NCBI GenBank assembly: GCA_026936335.1
Contig: JAPMXV010000043.1
Location: 549,503-613,502, forward strand
Direction of reading: 5' to 3'
From: Mantamonas sphyraenae STR306
Lineage: Eukaryota > Protista > CRuMs
Length of the DNA: 64,000 nt
Shown: piece after piece, positions 22,601-34,219 of the stretch
Position numbering within the stretch: the first letter of the stretch is position 1
How the letters are laid out: every line of letters begins with the position of its first letter
Made by a program: the position numbers and the translations under genes
Notes under the pieces: generated by a model
Told to the model about the DNA's origin: nothing
Databases searched by the model: none
Seen by the model: only the letters and a program-made list of their open reading frames with translations

Positions 22601-25177
22601 TGCGAGGTGTACGCAGGACTGGAGGGGAGTGCACTGTGCACAGTGCGATGTGACAGGAGCGTGATTCTGGCAGTGTTGAACGGGTCGATGGAGGCAGGGA
22701 TGGCGCTGATGACGGGGGCGATCCAGGTGGACAACTTGGAGGCGATGATGGTGTTTGGGACGGCGTTCAAGTTTGACATGGCCGCGTATGGAGAGTGGAA
22801 GAAGGGGCGAGAGGAAGCGGGGGTGGCAGTGGAGGCGGTGGAGGCAGAGGAGACACATGCAGACCTGGCGACGCTGGAGGACGCAGAGGTGCGTGAGGCG
22901 TTTGAGTATGTGCCGGAGGCGTTTGTGGGCAGCAGCGTGGACGGGGTGTTCCACTTTGTGATTGGAGGAGAGAAGGAAAGCGAGGTGACGGTGCGTGTGG
23001 GTGCGGAGAAGGGGTGCGAGGTGTACGCAGGACTGGAGGGGAGTGCACTGTGCACAGTGCGATGTGACAGGAGCGTGATTCTGGCAGTGTTGAACGGGTC
23101 GATGGAGGCAGGGATGGCGCTGATGACGGGGGCGATCCAGGTGGACAACCTGGAGGCGATGATGGTGTTTGGGACGGCGTTCAAGTTTGACATGGCCGCG
23201 TATGGAGAGTGGAAGAAGGGGCGAGAGGAAGCGGGGGTGGCAGTGGAGGCGGTGGAGGCAGAGGAGACACATGCAGACCTGGCGACGCTGGAGGACGCAG
23301 AGGTGCGTGAGGCGTTTGAGTATGTGCCGGAGGCGTTTGTGGGCAGCAGCGTGGACGGGGTGTTCCACTTTGTGATTGGAGGAGAGAAGGAAAGCGAGGT
23401 GACGGTGCGTGTGGGTGCGGAGAAGGGGTGCGAGGTGTACGCAGGACTGGAGGGGAGTGCACTGTGCACAGTGCGATGTGACAGGAGCGTGATTCTGGCA
23501 GTGTTGAACGGGTCGATGGAGGCAGGGATGGCGCTGATGACGGGGGCGATCCAGGTGGACAACCTGGAGGCGATGATGGTGTTTGGGACGGCGTTCAAGT
23601 TTGACATGGCCGCGTATGGAGAGTGGAAGAAGGGGCGAGAGGAGGTGAGCACAACCTCTGTGGAGCATCTGAAGGACGACGACCTTCGCCTGGCGCTCAA
23701 GTTCCTTCCCAACGCCTTTATCGGTACCACCATCGAGAGCAAGTATCATGTGGAGGTCCACAGTGATGCCGACTCTGTGCAGTTTACTGTCCATCTGTCT
23801 CCGCAGCAGGCACGGGTTGTGCTTCAACACGACGGCGAAGCAGACTGCCGCATCTCCTGCCACAGAAACACTATGGTGGCGATCCTTGAAGGTCACATGG
23901 AGGCATCCTCCGCCCTCATGGACGGGTCTCTCAACGTGTCCGACCTCACCCAGATCATGGTGTTTGCTCAGTCCTTCCGCTTTTCTCGCACCACCTTTGC
24001 CGAGTTCAAGGCCAACGGGGGTAATGTCGAGCCCACGTCCCCGATCACAGCCGCCGCATCTGATCTCCATGCGCCCGAAGCGGCCACGTCGGCCTCAACC
24101 TCCTCGTCGTCCGCACCAAGCGCAGCAGCTGGCGAATCGCCTATGGACGAGGACATGCTGAACCAATCGTTTGAGTTTTTGCTAACGGCGTGGACAGGCG
24201 TTGTCGAGGAAGGCAATTTCCTTGTGTCTGTGAGCGACGACCCGCTACCGGACGTTCTGGTGCGTATCACCCCGCGGGATGTGCAGCTGGAACCGGCAGA
24301 CGAGGACAGTGCGAGCAGCGTCCTTTGCCACATCGTCGGTACACGCGCACGCATCATCGATCTCCTCACTGCACGTGCTCTTCCAGCTATGCTGCGCTCC
24401 ATGCAAGACTTTTCCGTGCAAGAAAACCACGACGGTGCCTTCAAGATGTTCCTGCAGTCGTTCAACCTTTCCGACAAGGCCTTCCGCCAGTTTCGTCGCG
24501 AACGTGGCTACCCCGTCGAAGGGGACGACAGCACGGGTGAAGGAGGGGAGGTGTCCGACGAGCAACGTTTGCGCGAGGCCTTTCTCTTCCTGCCCCTCTG
24601 TTTCAAGGGCTGCGACTGGACCGGAGCCATTCGCTACCGCGTGGATCCAGACGACGGTGGCGACGACATCCTCAAGACAGTGTGCGTGGAGCAGAACAGT
24701 GAGTCTGGCGAGGGAGAACCCGTGGTGTTGGATGGCTGGGAGGATCGTGAGGGTATCATGGCCACCGTAGAGGTGAAGCGCAAAGACTTTCTGGCCCTCG
24801 TCGATGGATCGTTGGCCGCCTCCAAAGCCTACATGGACAAGAAGATCCAAGTGGACAACCTCAGTGGTCTGATGAAGTTTAGCGGCGCATTCAAGTTTGA
24901 TGCCGATCGCTATCGGCAATTCGTGGCGTCGCTGCGCCAGTCTGGCGGTGATGTCGCGGCAGCATCGCAAGGCCTTCCCGACGAGGCCCCACGTAACGAA
25001 TGGGACGAACTCATGAGCCAAGCCATGGCTGGAATGGCGCAGATGGCCACCCAGGCCAAGGAGGCCATGGACCAGTTGGCCAAACCCCGTAGCGATTCCT
25101 TTGTGCGTCGAGAGCCTGTGGCGCGTGTCGAAAAGGGTGGACGCGAACTCAAGACATACAAGAGCAACAGTACGTAG
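16660..25177 (+). CDS. LRR + NPF motifs + ~17 SCP2 sterol-carrier domains, ~2750 aa (one apparent +1 frameshift at ~20611)
   Basis: Spliced LRR N-terminus (LTQLKLPNRKI, LEEVDL, IHTLDLTGNPV..RLKIIAQLPVLEKLD cap). Repeated SCP2-like units such as CTISSSQGAIVELFNGQLQPMDAFVSGKVTV and FLALVDGSLAASKAYMDKKIQV. Confidence 0.8.
19096..23643 (+). repeat. Coding tandem repeat, 11 x 414 bp (138 aa, one SCP2 domain each)
   Basis: Unit starts at 19096, 19510, 19924, 20338 and then +1 shifted. Units differ by only a few mostly synonymous SNPs. Confidence 0.97.
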
Positions 25178-25213
25178 TGCGTAGAAATAGAAGAGAGCAT
25201 CCTTTGGTTCAAT

Positions 25214-26412
25214 TCATTCGCGACCCGCTCGCTCGTCCTGATTGGCTGTCAGTTGGTGTGCTGGCAAGTATTCCACAGACCCGCTGTCGTCGTGAGTCTC
25301 TGCTTTCAGTTTGGGGTTGGGCAGCGTGTTGGTCGTGGCCCCTAGCGAGGTGTATCCCTGGTCGTACAGTGGGCAGTACCGTGCGCCGCTGAACAGAAGA
25401 AAGTCCCACACGAGCGCAACGTCCCAGTGCAGAATGGGATTGAACCGCACGAAATCGGGCCACCCCTTGGAAGAAGGGGTAAACAAGTCCAACTGCTCGC
25501 GTTTGGTGGCTGGGTCGCCGTCGCGCTGGCCCAGAAGGATGCACCGGACTGGCTCTTCGGCCAGGAAAGTCTCCAAGCCACCCTTGAAGCCGTTCTCCAG
25601 CACACACAGGTCCAGTCCGTAGCGAGCCACGGCATCTTTCATAAACGTATCCACTTCTTCAAACGAGTCCTTCTGCACAAAGTAGATTGCCCGGAAACCG
25701 TCCAGGACGCTTGCATCGATGTCTTCCTCTTCCAGACCCTGTGCCTCGGCCTGAGCCTCTTCGCTGACTTGCCCTCCTCCACATGAGCGCCACCCAGAGT
25801 ATGTACAGCGCACTCCGCGTGCCAGCTGTTGCGACAGCCTGTCCAGCGACTCGCTAGCCACCGAGTCCAAGCCCAGCTGTGCGTGTGCTTCGTTCAGCAG
25901 CGTACACATGGCCTCCAGGCTCACTTCCTGTGAGTCTGCGTCAATGTCGCTCTCCTGTGCATCATTGTTCCCAGCGTTTGACGATGTTTGCGCCTCCTTC
26001 GACTCTGCTGTCCATGCCGCACGGAAGGTGCCAGGCCCGGCCTCCGACTGGATGCGTCTGGCCCAGTACAGCAGGTGCAGCACCGCCGTACAGTCCTTGC
26101 CCCCGTTGAAGCTGATGGCCAGCTCGTGGTTGCTACGATTGGGCAACGTTGTAGGACACACGTGTCAGCCACACTCCCAGCCGTTGTGGATACCGCCAAG
26201 GCCGGAAAATGCTCGCGAAATCACCCCGAAAACCCAAAGGGAGCCGCCACCGAGATGACTGCTTTCCCCCAACAAGCGTACCCGAATGTGTCCAATGCCA
26301 TCAGGATCCCCTTTAGGGAGTGCTCGATGTGTGTGTTGAGCTCAGGGCGTGCCAACGACGCGCCAAAGTCGTGGTCCATTCCTTTTTGCCCAGGATTTGC
26401 TGGTTGTGCCAT
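25214..26412 (-). CDS. FLAD1: FAD synthase (PAPS reductase-like domain)
   Basis: AISFNGGKDCT, DSFEEV, GQRDGDP, GWPDFVRFNPILHW, YCPLYDQGYTSLG, TLPNPKL, ERAGR; one intron near the 5' end. Confidence 0.9.
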
Positions 26413-26490
26413 CGCAGTGAGCTGCTGTGTTGTGTGGGGTGGAGGTGGCGACCAATTCGGCCTTTCATTGTGTGTGTGTGTGTGTGCGGC

Positions 26491-29400
26491 TTAGAAGGAC
26501 ATTTTGAGTTCGATGGCCTCGGCTTCGCGCTTGCGTCGCTTCCCTGTGCCAGAGCCACGCTTGGTCTTTGTCGAGCCGGCCTTTGAAGAGCGTTTGCCCG
26601 AGGCAGCCTGGGTCAATGCCTCGCGGATGGCTGTTTGCACATGCTCACGGTGTGAGTCGGACAGAAGATCGAGCTGGGCCTTGAAGCCCACGGGATTTGT
26701 GTTGAATACATGCTGTACATATTCGATGGCCAGGTTGCGTGCATGCTGGCCTTGGTTGTGTGAGGTGAGCAGGACTGCCACCAACGCCGGCACAAAGAGG
26801 CCGAGAAGCGCGGCCTTGGCCTCGTCGTGGCCGTTTAGCGCCGTGTACATCAGCAGCAGCAACTGCATGCCCTGTTCACGGATTGCAAACGTGTGTGCAT
26901 CGGCTTTGTCCACATGCTGGCCAAAATGGGCGCAGACCGAGGGGAGAAGCAGCACGGCGTGGTGTTTGACGACAGTCTCCTTCCAGTCATCGCCCGAGCC
27001 TCCACCGGTGGCCACGACGCCTTGGAGCTGTTCGCGCATGGCCGTGACGGTGGCTAGGGCCCGTTTGGAATTGGCACCCACAGCCACGGCTGATTGCAGA
27101 TACGTGGCTGCCTCTGTATGCACCTCGCTGTCCAAGGCCGTGTAGGTGAGCGCACCCAGCAGCTGCAGGAGGCCATTGGTCAGACCCACCTGCACAGACG
27201 CTTCGTATTCAAGAGTACGTGCGTCGGACAGGCGTACCACCGTCTGTGCCACGGCCATTTGCAGCAGCGACTCAAAGACAAGTCGAGGATTCTCGTGCTC
27301 TTGCGCCTGTTCGTCTTCCTGGGGTGCAGGCAACGCACCCAGCGAGCGCATGAGCAGCAACAGCGCATTGATCGACGCCACCTGAGTCTCTGGATGCCAA
27401 TGATGCGCCGATGTATCCACAAGCACATGCAGGGCCCGTACAAAGTAGTACGCAAACTCCTGATCGCAGCGCAGCAGGAGAGCGCTCTGGACACGTGCAG
27501 CATCCACCATTGCCTTGCTCAGATCCTTGTGCTGCCCATGACTGTGCCCCAACTCGGCCGGCGTGTACCATGACGAGGAGCCGGGAACCGTGGCGTCAGA
27601 CTGCGCTTGCAGCAGGAAGCATGGCAGCATACACAGCTCAAACAGACTGTCCATGAGGGTGTACGAAGCCACCGTGGCGTCAACGCCGTCCTGGCAGCTT
27701 TCCTTCAGCTGTGCCTCTGGCACGTAGGCCACGATCGCACCAACGATAGTCAGCGCCGGGCCAAGGTACTCATATGCCACGCCCTCGAGCAACACGCCAC
27801 GGATGCTCTGCAGGATTTCGTGCAGCTGGGACGTGGATAGCAGACCTGTAGCCAGGTAGGTCTTGCGCAGCACCGCCTGGAAGTTGGCCAACCCTTGCTC
27901 GATCTGCTTGGGCGTGCCTGGCGATCCTACAACCAGCGCATTCAGACCCAGAAGGAGGAAGAAGTCCTGGTCGTGACTGCGTTCTGTCAGAAGCGCCAGT
28001 GTGCTTTCGTCAAAGCCGCTCTTGGAGGCGTCGTCGGCCAAGTCGTCAACACCTCGCATGGACGCAGGCTGCCTTCCGCCACTCCACCAGTACTTGGTGC
28101 CCACCAGGTGGGAGGCTGCGGCCAGAGTGACATGAAAGACGTTTTTGTAAATGGGCCATACCACGTGGCTCTGCAGCTGTGAGAAAAACGTGGGGCGCAT
28201 CTTGTTCTGTACAGGTTTGGGCAGGGCCAGAATGATGCTGTAGTCCACCAAAACGGCCATCCAATGAGCACGCAACATGCTCAGCATGCCTGTCAGCATA
28301 CTGAGGGTGTTTTTGTTTGCGTGCTGCTTGCCATGGAGGAACATCTGGGCCAGGGCGGCGAGGCGTGTAAGCTGAACCTTTGTGGTGGCGTGCTCGGCAT
28401 ACGCAGGATTGAACTCCATGCGAAAGTCCTCCATGTTGGCTGTGAGGTAAGCGAGCACACGTTTCATGCTCTTGGAGTCGGTGATGATGTGCGACATGAG
28501 CAGCTCTCGCGTCAGGTCGCACGCAATTGCAGTCAGAGTGGGCGAGGCGTCTGCGTCAAAGGCAGGCTTCAAGGCGGCCACAAAGTTGGCCACGTACAGC
28601 TCTAGCAACAGCGCCGGCTTATCGGAGCCCTCCTCGACATAAGTGTCCTCTGCTTTGCCAAACCGGTGCACAATGTCCTGCAGGCAGACGATGCCTGCCG
28701 GACGCAGCGCAGCCACTTGAGCTGTCGAAGCACCAAACGCCATGTTGATCAGTTCCTGCACGTGAAAGATGACAAAGTCGCGCGTGTCGCCTCGCTCGTT
28801 GCGTGCTGCGTTGGCCAGCTTCAGGTCAAAGTGTTCCGGAGTGTTGCTGAGAAGTTCGAATATCTGCTGCACACATTGAATGGCAAACATCTTGGATTCC
28901 CATCGCGGGGCCATGCTCTGCTCCATACTTTGGTCGTCTACGCCACTGCCCGAGGTCGAGCTGGATGACGTTGAAGAGGAGGACGAAGACGCGCCCGCAT
29001 CCATGTCCGCCATACCGTCGCCACCATCCATCATGTCGTCGTCGTCGTCGTCGTCGTCGTCGTGCTGGTCCTCCTCCATATCGACGCCGGCCTCGGCAGC
29101 GGCGCGCCTCTTGGCTTGGGCAGCCTTTTGCTTGAGCTTTGCGCGGAATGAAGGGGTGACGACGCCGTGGCAGATGTTGATCCAGCTCATAGGCTCCGTC
29201 GGGGCGAGGATTTCCACCAGACTGGTGATGGTGAGCTTGATTTGGTTGAGGATAAGCGGATCGAGCTCTGTGTCGAGCATCTGAAAGAGCTCTTCTTCGA
29301 AACGATGCTCGCGAACCGGCTGTGCATCACGTTCGACGAGCTGGCGGATGCAAGAGATGACACAGAGGCGCATGGTAGGGTCGCTGTCGGTCACGTGGGC

Positions 29401-32400
29401 CTGGAGGAAGCTGAGCAGGCTTTCGACATCGACCGACTTTGGGGCAAGGACAAGGAGCTGCTGCATGATGTTGATGTACTCGAGGCGCACGAGAGGATAT
29501 GCAGAGGCGCGAAGTTCGCTGGTGATGACGATGGCCCTGTTGCGCAGGAGATCCTCGACCTGAAGCTCGGGCCGAGGACAGAGATGACACCGTCGACAAT
29601 GCGGCCGATGCTCTGCATGGCCTCGAGATGAGAGTGGGAGCTGGTGAGGGACAGCTGGTAGACGAGAGCGAGGGAAGGGGCGACGTGCGGATAAAATGCA
29701 GGGCCTGCGCTGCTGATGGTGAGCCAGAGAGCATGGAGAGCAGCATCATGCACGAGGGGCTCGTCGTGGCGCGCAAACTCGTGGAGCATGGCAACGGTGG
29801 AGTCGAGGAAACGGCTGGCACGCATGCCGCCTACAAAGTGGTGGATGAAGCCAAGGGCAGAGGCGTAGCCTGCGCGCATGTGGTTGTCTGCGTCTGCAAT
29901 CTGGGACATGATGCGCTGAACAATAGCGGAGCAAAACTTGTCGTTGGAAACGGCGGCAAGGCGACCAAGGGCGTCGCTGGCGGCCATGCGGATGAGCGGG
30001 TCCTCGTCGCCAAGACAGACCTCCACAATGGTAAACATCATCGTAAGGAGCTTCTTGGAGTCGATGACCTGTCGTTGGTCGAGCTGAGCTTTGAAAGTAC
30101 CGAGAAGCGCTGCGTAGATGTTTGTCTGTACGTTCTGCCGACGTGCGTTGTTGCGGCCCTGGACGGAGCGGAGGGCATTGAGAAAGAGTTCTGCGAGCTG
30201 TAGGGAGGTGTCGTCGTCGTCTTGGAGGCGACCAAAGCAGGAGGCAAACAGGGAAGCGGCGGCGTCGATGGAGCGGGCGTCGCGATCGAGGGGATCGACC
30301 AAGGCGTCGAGCCAATGGTCGCAGAGGATATCAAAGCTGTCTGGCTTGGAGGTGGCGGCGGACGGGGCCATATCGTCCTGGTTGGTGTCCATGTAGGGCA
30401 GGTAGCTCTGGGCCATCATGGTGGGGAGGAGGGAAGTGGCCTGGACGTTGCTGCTTGTGTCGACGATGCGGATGACGGCCATGCGTAGGGCAACGGCCAT
30501 GATTTGGGCGAGCTTGTCTGCTGGGATGGCATCCATGGAGAGGATGTCAAAGAGGACGCTTTGGAGGAGAGAGACGTCTGGAGCGACCTTGCTGCTGAGG
30601 GAGAGTCCGGCAAGGGTGCTGACGGTGGAGACGGTGTTTGTGAGCACCGTGACAATCTGAACCTTGACTTTGTCCGTGAGCAGGGCGGCGTTGTACTTGA
30701 TGAAAGCGTAGAGGCATTGGAGGGCGTGGATGCGTGTGTTGACAAAGACGGACAGGTCAAAGTCGCTTTTGGGCAGGGATTCGCTGGCGTCGGTGAGAAC
30801 TTTGCGCAGAAGCTTGTTGAAGAGGAGGTTGAGTTTGTAGCGGATCCAATGCGGACCCTGGCGCATGAGGGCGGCGAGGACGAGCCAGCCGGCCTTTGTG
30901 ATGAGGACGGCGTCGTCCGGGTTTGCGCCTTCTTCGACGGGAGAAGAGATGAGCTGGACTGCAAGGTCGGCAATGTCTGTGAGGAGGGCAGAGGGAACGC
31001 CGAGGGGACAGAGAGGCACGGTCCAAGCGAGTGCGGCGAGGGCGTGGGACTGGCCGTGAAACTCGTGGGTGGCGGTGGTGAGTTGATCCAGCAGTTTCTT
31101 CTTTGGGTTGGAGCCTGCGTTTGCGCGTATGGCGAGTATTTCGGCAGTCTTGGCCTGTGTTTCGTCGATGCAGACACGCAACTTTGCGGTGAGGGTGCCC
31201 TGGCGAGCGGCAGCGAGGGCAGCGAGACATGTGGCGGCGGCGATGCGCACAGAGGAGTCTGGAAAGGGGAGAAAGTGGAGTTTGAGTGCGTCATAGAGTG
31301 CGTCGGAGGTGTCAAGCGGGGCACCGGCCTCGCCCAGGCGTACGAGGACGACTGCAATCTGGCGCAGGACACAAACGGCCATGTCGACGACGTTTGTCTT
31401 TGCTGGGTTCATGGCGACGAGGCTCTGGAGAGTGGAAATGAGTGCAGATCCGACAAAGAGCTGGCCTGCCTCGCTGAGGGTTTCTGTGAGGCCACGTTGG
31501 ATGATCTGTGCGGCGCAGTTTGTAGCGTGGCTCTGGTGGTCGGCGCCGGAAAAGGCGCGTGCATTGGCGAGGAGGGAGACAACATGCTTCACAATCTCCT
31601 CCATGCGTGCCTTGAGGGTGTTTTTTGGCAGTTCCTGGAGGAAGAAGGAATAGGCACGTGCGACGGCGGCGCGAGTGGGGATGGAAGTGGAGGAACGGCA
31701 AAACAATGCCGAAAGCTTGGCGAGGAGGGAGTCGAGGGACTCTGCAGAGACGCTGCTCTGTCGCCTGCGTGCGCCGAGCATGGAAGAGGCGGAAGAGTTT
31801 GAGCGAGCTCGAGCCTGTTGACGCTCAGCCTTGGCCTGAGGCGACAAGGCGAGGGCGAGGGTCGTGCCCGTGGTCTTTGCCATTTCGTAGCGGACAGAGG
31901 CTACAGAGTCGTCCATGCCTTTCAGGGTGAGGGCAAGGATAGAGTCAATTCCTGTGGTATAGGCTTGTGGGGTGGCGCGTACAAAGGCGGTCATAGCGGA
32001 GGCGGTGTGTTGGCGAAGGCGTGCGACCTTGTCGGTGGCGGTGGCCTTGAAGATTTTGAGGGTATTGTCGAAAAGGTCGCTGCTGGGCGAGCTATGTGTG
32101 AGGATGGCCTTGAGGGCAAAGAGGACGGCGTAGCGGAGGTCGTTCTGTGAGAGCGAGAGGGCGGGCGAGACTGTGTGAGGGCCGTGAAGGGCCATGGGCG
32201 AGGATGGGAGGAGGGCAAGGAAGAAACGAGGGTGGCGTGGGACAGAGAAGGGCATTGAGCAAGCGTACATCGCTCGATTTGGCCTGCTTGAGAAATGAGG
32301 CAAAGAGATCTTGGTTGCGGAGAGCACGGGCTTGAACGACCGCGAGTTTCTCAATGCAGCCGAGAGCAGCACTGTGGAGAGAGAAGGAGGGTGCACGAGG

Positions 32401-32811
32401 AAGAGAACCCAAGGCAAGGGGCGGCGTGTGGTGTGAGAAGAGGTGGCAGTGGGCGGGAGGGCAAGGCTGGCGAGAGGGAACGAACATCTTGCTGGGATTG
32501 GAAGCGTTGCGCTGCTTGAGGATGCCCGAGAGGGTGTCCAGGACGGTGCGGGAGGCCGAGTCTGGGGTGGAGAGGACACAAGCATAGGTGGCGCCGATGA
32601 GGCGGGCGAGAGGAGGGGCTGGGTCTTGCTGGACAGCAAGGGCGAGGGCGTCGAGGAGGGTTGAGCGGATGGGTTCGATGTCTTTGGCAGAGGCATCCTG
32701 AATGAGGTCATGGAGGGAGAACAGGGCATCAAACTTGATGGAACTTGTGTCTGTGGATTTACTGGCGGCAGCCTGGGCAGCGTCGGCAAAGGTTGCCAAG
32801 TAGGTGTCCAT
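26491..32811 (-). CDS. HEATR5: HEAT repeat protein 5 (HEATR5/Laa1/SWEETIE), with one apparent 1-bp deletion at ~29570
   Basis: About 2000 aa of HEAT repeats; RAGYASALGFIHHFVGGM, ALHALWL, restored LGPELQ, PRWESKMFA, LLELYVANFVAALKPAF, C-terminal IELKMSF; two 5' introns. Confidence 0.88.
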
Positions 32812-32870
32812 GGTGGCCAGATGGAGAATGGCTGCGCTGGCGCTGGTGGTTGCAAAGGATTGCGTGACAG

Positions 32871-33554
32871 ATGGCCGATTTGGATTTGCTGATTAGTGAG
32901 GACGACCGATCGGAGGAGGCGGTGGTGATGGTACATTCGTTTCTTGGCGGTCTGCTGGTGGAGGAGGAGAGCAGCGACGTGTTGGAGGACGAATCGATTG
33001 CGGCATACCTAGCGGACAGCGTGTTGGCATCGTTGAAATTGGCGGAAGGGAAAGTGACGGACGAGGTGTGTGAAGAGGTGGTGGAGGTTGTGGGTGCGTA
33101 TTTGCCTGAATTTGGCGAGTTGGAGGAGGCGGAAGAAAAGGCGCGGGAACTGTGCGAGAACTTGCTGGAGGGGCTTCGGGAGAAGCAGAAGGAGGAGAAG
33201 GAGGAGGAGAGAGGAGAGAAGCAGGGAGAGGAGGTTATGCAGGGTGGGGGTGAGGAAGAGCAGGTCGGGGAGGAGGAATGGGGACAAGAGAACGGGCTGG
33301 ATGAGGAGATTCGGGCAAAGATCTTGCAACGGCATGACAAGGTGGAACGCATCCCATTGGATCCGGTGTGTCACAAGCCTGTGCTGTTTCTGCAGAAGAA
33401 GGACAAGAAGCAGAAACGCTATCTGAACGGGGAGGTCGTGAACACGCGAGGCGAAAAGTACACTGTGATCCAGGAGCCAGAACCGGAGCACATGCAAGAG
33501 ACGTACGTGACATTGAGCACGGTGATCACAAAAGGAAAACGGTTCCGAAGGTGA
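32871..33554 (+). CDS. CUEDC2: CUEDC2-like protein
   Basis: C-terminal RAKILQRH..HKPV..KKQKRYLNGEVVNTRGEKY..EHMQETYVTL resembles the CUEDC2 C-terminus. Confidence 0.7.
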   Translation: MADLDLLISEDDRSEEAVVMVHSFLGGLLVEEESSDVLEDESIAAYLADSVLASLKLAEGKVTDEVCEEVVEVVGAYLPEFGELEEAEEKARELCENLLEGLREKQKEEKEEERGEKQGEEVMQGGGEEEQVGEEEWGQENGLDEEIRAKILQRHDKVERIPLDPVCHKPVLFLQKKDKKQKRYLNGEVVNTRGEKYTVIQEPEPEHMQETYVTLSTVITKGKRFRR

Positions 33555-33576
33555 GGTTCGCGGAAGGGGGAAGAGG

Positions 33577-34200
33577 TCAGAGTTGGAATGGATTCTTCCG
33601 TTTCTGTGCAGCAGGATGGCCACATGTGCCCTCGATCTCTGTGTCAAAAGTACAAACGCCGGGGATGGAGGCGACGTCGAGAGTTGGGTTGTGTGTTGGG
33701 CGAGCGGCGTTGGTGGGGTGCGGAGGTGGCGGTGCGTCATCGCCTGAGGCGGTTGTTGTTGTGGGCGGCGTTGGTGAAGGTGAATGCGGGTGTCGGTCGA
33801 TAGGTGTCTGGGGCCATACGGATTCGTCTTCGGCAATGTGGTCTGGTCTGGAGGCCGAGGCCGGGCCCGAGGAGGAGGAGTAGGAGGAGGCGGGAGGGAG
33901 ACGAACAAGAGATTGACCCGTGTGCTCGTCGGTGTCGCTGCTTGGTTGTTGTGTGATGATGGTGGCGACGGTTTCGCCATTTGTGTTTCGCCCGAATGCA
34001 ACGACGGTCTGTCCAAAGCCAGCGTCGTCGTCATCGTCGTCGTCTGCCTGTGCGTCGTCAGACTCGGTGGCGTATTCGGCGTCGGCGTCACCGGTGAGGC
34101 CGGCGAGGGCAGGTGAGGGTGTGCATGCGAGGAGTAGGAGAAGGAAGATGGTGAGTAGCGTTGGGAGAGAAAGGGTGGTGGCACAGCGGCGGTGGCGCAT
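33577..34200 (-). CDS. Hypothetical secreted low-complexity protein (207 aa)
   Basis: MRHRRCATTLSLPTLLTIFLLLLLACTPSPALA signal-peptide-like start, acidic and Pro/Thr-rich body, two C-terminal Cys. Confidence 0.55.
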   Translation of the reverse strand: MRHRRCATTLSLPTLLTIFLLLLLACTPSPALAGLTGDADAEYATESDDAQADDDDDDDAGFGQTVVAFGRNTNGETVATIITQQPSSDTDEHTGQSLVRLPPASSYSSSSGPASASRPDHIAEDESVWPQTPIDRHPHSPSPTPPTTTTASGDDAPPPPHPTNAARPTHNPTLDVASIPGVCTFDTEIEGTCGHPAAQKRKNPFQL

Positions 34201-34219
34201 GGTGGGCCAGCGCAGCCGG

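Noticed and set aside
19096-23643. Tandem array as CRISPR-like or satellite DNA
   Set aside because: Units are 414 bp, in frame, protein-coding and have no unique spacers.
18691-24070. Very long minus-strand ORFs (1683 and 1262 aa)
   Set aside because: Antisense shadows of the coding repeat; low-complexity Ser/Thr or His/Leu translations with no domain signal.
29560-29580. HEATR5 split into two ORFs
   Set aside because: Adding one base to the short G/C run at 29569-29571 restores the conserved LGPELQ; most likely a homopolymer sequencing error.
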